This document shows, one piece after another, positions 60,107 through 64,000 of a stretch of DNA of 64,000 nucleotides; positions within the stretch are counted from its first letter, which is position 1, and every line of letters starts with the position of its first letter. Position numbers and translations under genes: made by a program. The notes beneath the pieces were generated by a model. The model did not search any database and was not told the origin of the DNA. It saw nothing but the letters and a program-made list of their open reading frames with translations. Origin of the DNA: Clostridia bacterium (GTDB lineage: Bacteria; Bacillota; Clostridia; Oscillospirales; CAG-272); NCBI GenBank assembly GCA_017503285.1, contig JAFVTH010000011.1:37556-101555 (forward strand), read 5' to 3'.

Positions 60107-60676
60107 CTATTTTTTTATTATTTCTAAAAATTCCTCTTTAGAATAGAGAATATTAAGCGCGCATAGCATGGCGTTTGGTGTCATAGATTCCGGCAAATCA
60201 AGCTTTCTTAAAAGCTGTGTGCGTGCATCCTTGCTATCAGCCCTGCCACTAAGCCCAAGCGCGTACAAATCTGCCTTGGTTATTCCTCCGGTTGCCTTGC
60301 ATTCTGCCTCGGTGGAAAACGGTGCAAGCAGGTTAGTCAGCACCTCCTTAGAAATGCCCTCAACCCCTAAAATACCTTCCTTAGATGGGGAGGTCTTTCT
60401 TTTTTCCTTGCCCTCAACTCTTGGTATATAAAGGTTGATAAGTTGCTGGCTCGGTACAACCCTTTTTATGTAGGACCTAATAAGGTGACCACCACCGTCA
60501 GAGTCCGTCAGCAAAATAAGTGGAGATTTTTCGGCAAGCCTGCGAAGAAGTAAGGATTTTTCCTTGTCGTTAAACACCTTAAAGCCACCGGTTGTAATCA
60601 CCGTCGCCTCAAACAGGGAGTCAAGCTTAATCTTATCGTACTTGCCCTCAACAATAATAGGATATTTTATCTTCAT
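60107..60676 (-). CDS. Toprim-domain protein, RNase M5-like
   Basis: Motifs PIIVEGKYDKIKL and LLTDSDGGGHLIR are Toprim acidic motifs. The ATG at 60676 lies 1 nt after the holA stop; the alternative ATG at 60697 would overlap holA. Confidence 0.6.
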   Translation of the reverse strand: MKIKYPIIVEGKYDKIKLDSLFEATVITTGGFKVFNDKEKSLLLRRLAEKSPLILLTDSDGGGHLIRSYIKRVVPSQQLINLYIPRVEGKEKRKTSPSKEGILGVEGISKEVLTNLLAPFSTEAECKATGGITKADLYALGLSGRADSKDARTQLLRKLDLPESMTPNAMLCALNILYSKEEFLEIIKK

Positions 60677-60677
60677 T

Positions 60678-61718
60678 TTATCTACAAAACAGAGCACAAA
60701 GCTCAGATATCAACCTTTCAACGGCAATATATGAAACCACGTTAGAGGAGGACTTTGACTTTATGTCAGCCTCTCGGCAAAGCTCAATAGCCCTTTCAAG
60801 CCTTTTGGGGCTTTCCTTGCTAACGGCAGTAATATATCTGCCCACCTTAAACTCATGTATGCCGGTTGCCTTGGAAATTTGTGCCTTATTCTGACCCATA
60901 TCAAAAAGCCTTTTTACCAAAAACAGCTCCGTATACATACGCATAACAGATGCAAGAATAGAAGGCGCTGGCTCGTGAGAGGATTTTTGCCTGTAAAGTG
61001 TTTCAAAGGCAAGGGCACGATTTTTGTCTAAAAGCGCATTGGTAAGCTGAAAATCCCCATACTCGATGGTTTGACAGCAAACATTTTCAATATCCTCGCC
61101 TGTTATGGCGGTTCTTTCGTTCATTTTTGCAAAGGCGCAAAGCTTATGTATCTCGTTGGAAAGCGCCCACATATCGTGGCCGCAAACCTCAACCAGCTTG
61201 TCGCAAAGTGACGGGTCAAGCTCAATCTTCTCTTGGGAAAAGTGTCTTAAAATCCAGCTTTTCAGCCTTGATGCAGACGGAAAGGAAAGCTCCACAGGTG
61301 TAAGGTATTTTGTTACCATCTTAAAAAGCTCGGAGGGCTGCTTTGGTAGCCTGCCCACATTAAAATAATCACTGTCTGCGCGGATAATAAGCACAGTATG
61401 GTCGTTGTCCTTTAGCTGAGAAAGGGCAATTTCAAGACCCTGCAGCTCGTCCTTTTTAAGAGCATTGAAGTCAACACCGCGGACCTCAACCAGCTTTTTG
61501 TCTGCCATCATAGGTAGGGAGCAGATTGCGTCCTCTAACACGGCAGAGGTAAACTCCTCGGCATAAAGCACAATATGGTTAAAGTCATCAAATGAGCCGT
61601 CAAGCACAGCCCGCTGCGCCTCTTTGGAATAAGAATATTTTAAGTAGTCCTCATCCCCATAAAAAAGGTAGCCGCCGTTTAGTGATTTTAGCTCGTTTCT
61701 AAATTCCTGCTCGGTCAT
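60678..61718 (-). CDS. holA: DNA polymerase III subunit delta
   Basis: 346 aa. The N-terminus GGYLFYGDEDYLK is typical of HolA, and its position in a conserved housekeeping neighbourhood fits. Confidence 0.8.
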   Translation of the reverse strand: MTEQEFRNELKSLNGGYLFYGDEDYLKYSYSKEAQRAVLDGSFDDFNHIVLYAEEFTSAVLEDAICSLPMMADKKLVEVRGVDFNALKKDELQGLEIALSQLKDNDHTVLIIRADSDYFNVGRLPKQPSELFKMVTKYLTPVELSFPSASRLKSWILRHFSQEKIELDPSLCDKLVEVCGHDMWALSNEIHKLCAFAKMNERTAITGEDIENVCCQTIEYGDFQLTNALLDKNRALAFETLYRQKSSHEPAPSILASVMRMYTELFLVKRLFDMGQNKAQISKATGIHEFKVGRYITAVSKESPKRLERAIELCREADIKSKSSSNVVSYIAVERLISELCALFCR

Positions 61719-62197
61719 ATTTTTTTAACTTCCATTTTAAAAACAGTTCTTTGTGCACAAGCACCCTTGATTTCAATAAGATATATAATTTCCAGGGACC
61801 CTGTGTCTAAAAGACGGTTATCAACCTGCTTTGCAAAGATGCAAATTTCAAAGGGCATAATGCCTGTGTTGTATACACAAACATGGCGTTTTCCCTCCTC
61901 AAAATACATAAAAGCATCAATCGCGCCGGTGCGCACAATGCTAAGCTCCTTAGGTGTATTTATATCAAATTTTACCTGTGTATGTACACCACCCATGCCC
62001 TCGCCATCCTCGTCATATTCAAGGACGCATGTCTTGCCCTGACAAAGAAGCTTGCCAAAGAGGGTGGTTTCTATAACATCGCCGTCCGTACCCTCGGAAA
62101 AGCTTTCGGTAATCATAAGCTCATCGGCAGCACGGTCAAAAATAGACTTGCCCTTGTAATCTGCCTGTGAGGTCGTTATCTTAATTTTTACATCCAT
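61715..62197 (-). CDS. DUF1934-like beta-barrel protein
   Basis: 160 aa. Pattern ...GKLLCQGKTCVLEYDE....VKFDI....LSIVRTG......YFEEGKRH.C.Y.T. 4-nt overlap with the holA start. Confidence 0.5.
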   Translation of the reverse strand: MDVKIKITTSQADYKGKSIFDRAADELMITESFSEGTDGDVIETTLFGKLLCQGKTCVLEYDEDGEGMGGVHTQVKFDINTPKELSIVRTGAIDAFMYFEEGKRHVCVYNTGIMPFEICIFAKQVDNRLLDTGSLEIIYLIEIKGACAQRTVFKMEVKKI

Positions 62198-62214
62198 TTT
62201 GTTTTTTCCGTTTC

Positions 62215-63063
62215 TTAGTTTTTAACAATATGCTCCGGCTTTTTCACATAAACCCTGCAGCCGGGCTCAACGCTTTCGGTAATAAAGCAGTTACCACCAA
62301 TAACAGCACCCTCGCCAATTACAGTTTCTCCACCAAGTATTGATGCGCCGGAGTAAATAGTAACATTGTCGCACACGGTTGGATGGCGCTTGATGCCTGC
62401 AAGGCTCTGTCCCTTTCTTGGAGAAAGAGCACCAAGGGTAACGCCCTGATATAGCTTGACGTGATTTCCAATAGTGGTGGTTTCGCCGATAACAATGCCT
62501 GTACCGTGGTCTATAAAGAAATATTCTCCAATAGTTGCACCCGGGTTTATATCAATACCTGTCATGGAATGGGCATGCTCTGTCATAATACGAGGCATGT
62601 AGCTAACGCCCTCGGAATAGAGCAAATGTGCTACCCTGTATACGAAAATCGCATAAAATCCGGGGTAGGAAAAGATAATTTCCTCCTTGCTTGATGCGGC
62701 AGGATCCCCCTCAAGGGTTGCGTAAACATCCTTTACCAAAAGCGCGTGTATTTCCGGTAAGCTGGAAATAAATTTGTCGGCAATAGCCTTTGATTTTTCG
62801 CCTTTTTCCGGGCACTTTAGAGAAAGCTCAATCTGCTTTTTTATTCTGTAATAAATAGAGCTTAAAAGCTCCTCGGCAAAGCCAACCTCGTCCTTTTTTG
62901 CAATAGAAGCAAAGTAAGAGGGGAAGAAAAGCTTTTGTATATCCTTTATAATTTCAATAATTTCATTCTTGTCGGGTAGGCAAAGGCCCTTATCGAAAAG
63001 CGGAAAGCCTGCCTCGTTATAGGTTTTTGCAATGCTCTTAGCAATGCCTTCAATGTTGCTCAT
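62215..63063 (-). CDS. cysE: Serine O-acetyltransferase (long form)
   Basis: Hexapeptide-repeat core GIDINPGATIGEYFFIDHGTGIVIGETTTIGNHVKLYQGVTLG. Confidence 0.88.
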   Translation of the reverse strand: MSNIEGIAKSIAKTYNEAGFPLFDKGLCLPDKNEIIEIIKDIQKLFFPSYFASIAKKDEVGFAEELLSSIYYRIKKQIELSLKCPEKGEKSKAIADKFISSLPEIHALLVKDVYATLEGDPAASSKEEIIFSYPGFYAIFVYRVAHLLYSEGVSYMPRIMTEHAHSMTGIDINPGATIGEYFFIDHGTGIVIGETTTIGNHVKLYQGVTLGALSPRKGQSLAGIKRHPTVCDNVTIYSGASILGGETVIGEGAVIGGNCFITESVEPGCRVYVKKPEHIVKN

Positions 63064-63137
63064 AATAAGCCCCCTTTTGTAACAAGTATATGTAAATCAT
63101 ATCACAAAGTCATAAAAATATCAAGTTATTATATAAA

Positions 63138-63172
63138 TAAAAGGGCTATTCTTTGAAAATAGCCCTTTTTTG
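63138..63172. terminator. Terminator downstream of rmuC
   Basis: The sequence aaaagggctattctttgaaaatagccctttttt. Confidence 0.75.
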
Positions 63173-64000
63173 TTATTCGCCGTCAAAGACATCCTTTGCC
63201 TCAGCATCCGGAAGCTCGCCGATTTCCTTTAATTTTCGTTGCATTGCCCTGGTTCTTTTTCCTACAAGCTCGTCAAGATCGTCACTTGCCTTGCTGATTT
63301 TAGTTTGAGCATCCGAAAGTGCGCTTGCAAACTTGTTGAATTCCGTTTTAACTGCGCCGAGAAGCTTGAACACCTCACCGCTTCGCTTTTGAATTTCAAG
63401 GGAGCTAAAGCCAAGTCTGAGCGCATTGATAATAGCGGAAAGAGTGGTAGGTCCTGCTATATTTACGTGATATTCTCTTTGGCATTCCTCAAAAAGACCC
63501 ATTTCGATTGCCTCAATGTAAAGGCTTTCGGTAGGTAAAAACAGAATAGCAAAGTCAGTGGTGTTTGGTACGTCAATATATTTCTTTATTGTTTTTGCTT
63601 CATTCTTGATTTGGCGTCCCAGCTCCTTTCTTGCACCTTCAACCAGAACCTTGTCACCGGCTGAAACAGCGTCCTTTAGCTTGTTGTAGTATTCGAGAGG
63701 AAACTTGGAGTCGATAGGTAAATAAATGAAGCTGTCTCCGCTTGGTATCTTGATAGCAAATTCAACCATATCACGAGGAGAGCTTTTATTTGTTGAAACG
63801 TTTTTATCGTATTGGTCGGGAGACAAGATTTCTCCGATAATGCTGTCAAGAATAACCTCGCCCACAATACCCTTGGTTTTAACATTTGTAAGTATGTTTT
63901 TAAGCGAGCCGACATCATCTGCAACGGCACGCAAGGAGCCGATAGCATTGTTAACCTGTCCGATTTGAGTAACCACATTGTCAAATGAGGTCTTAAGCCT
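63173..64000 (-). CDS. rmuC: DNA recombination protein RmuC; 5' end beyond window
   Basis: Motif FAILFLPTESLYIEAIEMG...NIAGPTTLSAIINAL. The reading frame stays open to position 64000, so the track start at 63976 is not the true start. Confidence 0.85.
   Translation of the reverse strand, partial: RLKTSFDNVVTQIGQVNNAIGSLRAVADDVGSLKNILTNVKTKGIVGEVILDSIIGEILSPDQYDKNVSTNKSSPRDMVEFAIKIPSGDSFIYLPIDSKFPLEYYNKLKDAVSAGDKVLVEGARKELGRQIKNEAKTIKKYIDVPNTTDFAILFLPTESLYIEAIEMGLFEECQREYHVNIAGPTTLSAIINALRLGFSSLEIQKRSGEVFKLLGAVKTEFNKFASALSDAQTKISKASDDLDELVGKRTRAMQRKLKEIGELPDAEAKDVFDGE

Noticed and set aside
1-64000. Intact prophage, ICE, IS element or integron
   Set aside because: I found no integrase, recombinase, transposase, relaxase or phage structural gene in any frame. 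The tRNA-Gln repeats are therefore reported only as remnants or non-autonomous elements.

Overview
This is a 64-kb chromosomal segment from a Gram-positive anaerobe. Gene content, lipobox-rich surface proteins, AAGGAG-type RBSs and TTGACA/TATAAT promoters suggest Clostridia, but the taxon cannot be proven from the sequence alone. I can support about 50 protein genes, one tRNA (Gln-CUG) and one pseudogene. I found no rRNA, no CRISPR and no recognisable integrase or transposase. Core genes are pflA-pflB, ddh, trmO, rsmE, an S41 protease, greA-lysS, holA, cysE and rmuC. Accessory content falls into five groups. (1) At 9.6-20.3 kb there is a surface and redox locus. It holds a GT2 glycosyltransferase and four modular lipoproteins, two of which carry TlpA-like thioredoxin domains. 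Convergently transcribed is an operon encoding a NapH/NosR-like membrane polyferredoxin fused to an external thioredoxin domain, plus a polytopic protein ending in CQEC. I rate this the best candidate for an undescribed system: a CcdA-independent reductant conduit. (2) At 20.7-37.2 kb there is a 2441-aa membrane-anchored S8 protease with PA, Big_2 and BspA-type LRR modules, a lipoprotein, and an Opp/Dpp-type ABC importer whose components are all atypically extended. (3) There is a LexA-family / 85-aa / Y-family polymerase cassette with a non-canonical GGGACA-N3-TGTCCC operator pair. (4) There is a small glycoside hydrolase (GH4, GH3) and lipoprotein region with a DeoR remnant. (5) At 57.4-59.6 kb, next to tRNA-Gln, lies a gene-poor region. 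It contains an array of about ten different short hairpins punctuated by a conserved 8-9-nt linker, a 38-bp perfect direct repeat ending in a mimic of the tRNA 3' end, an 18-bp duplication of the tRNA-Gln 3' end, and two small strongly promoted orphan ORFs. All family assignments rest on motifs read by eye; no database search was run.
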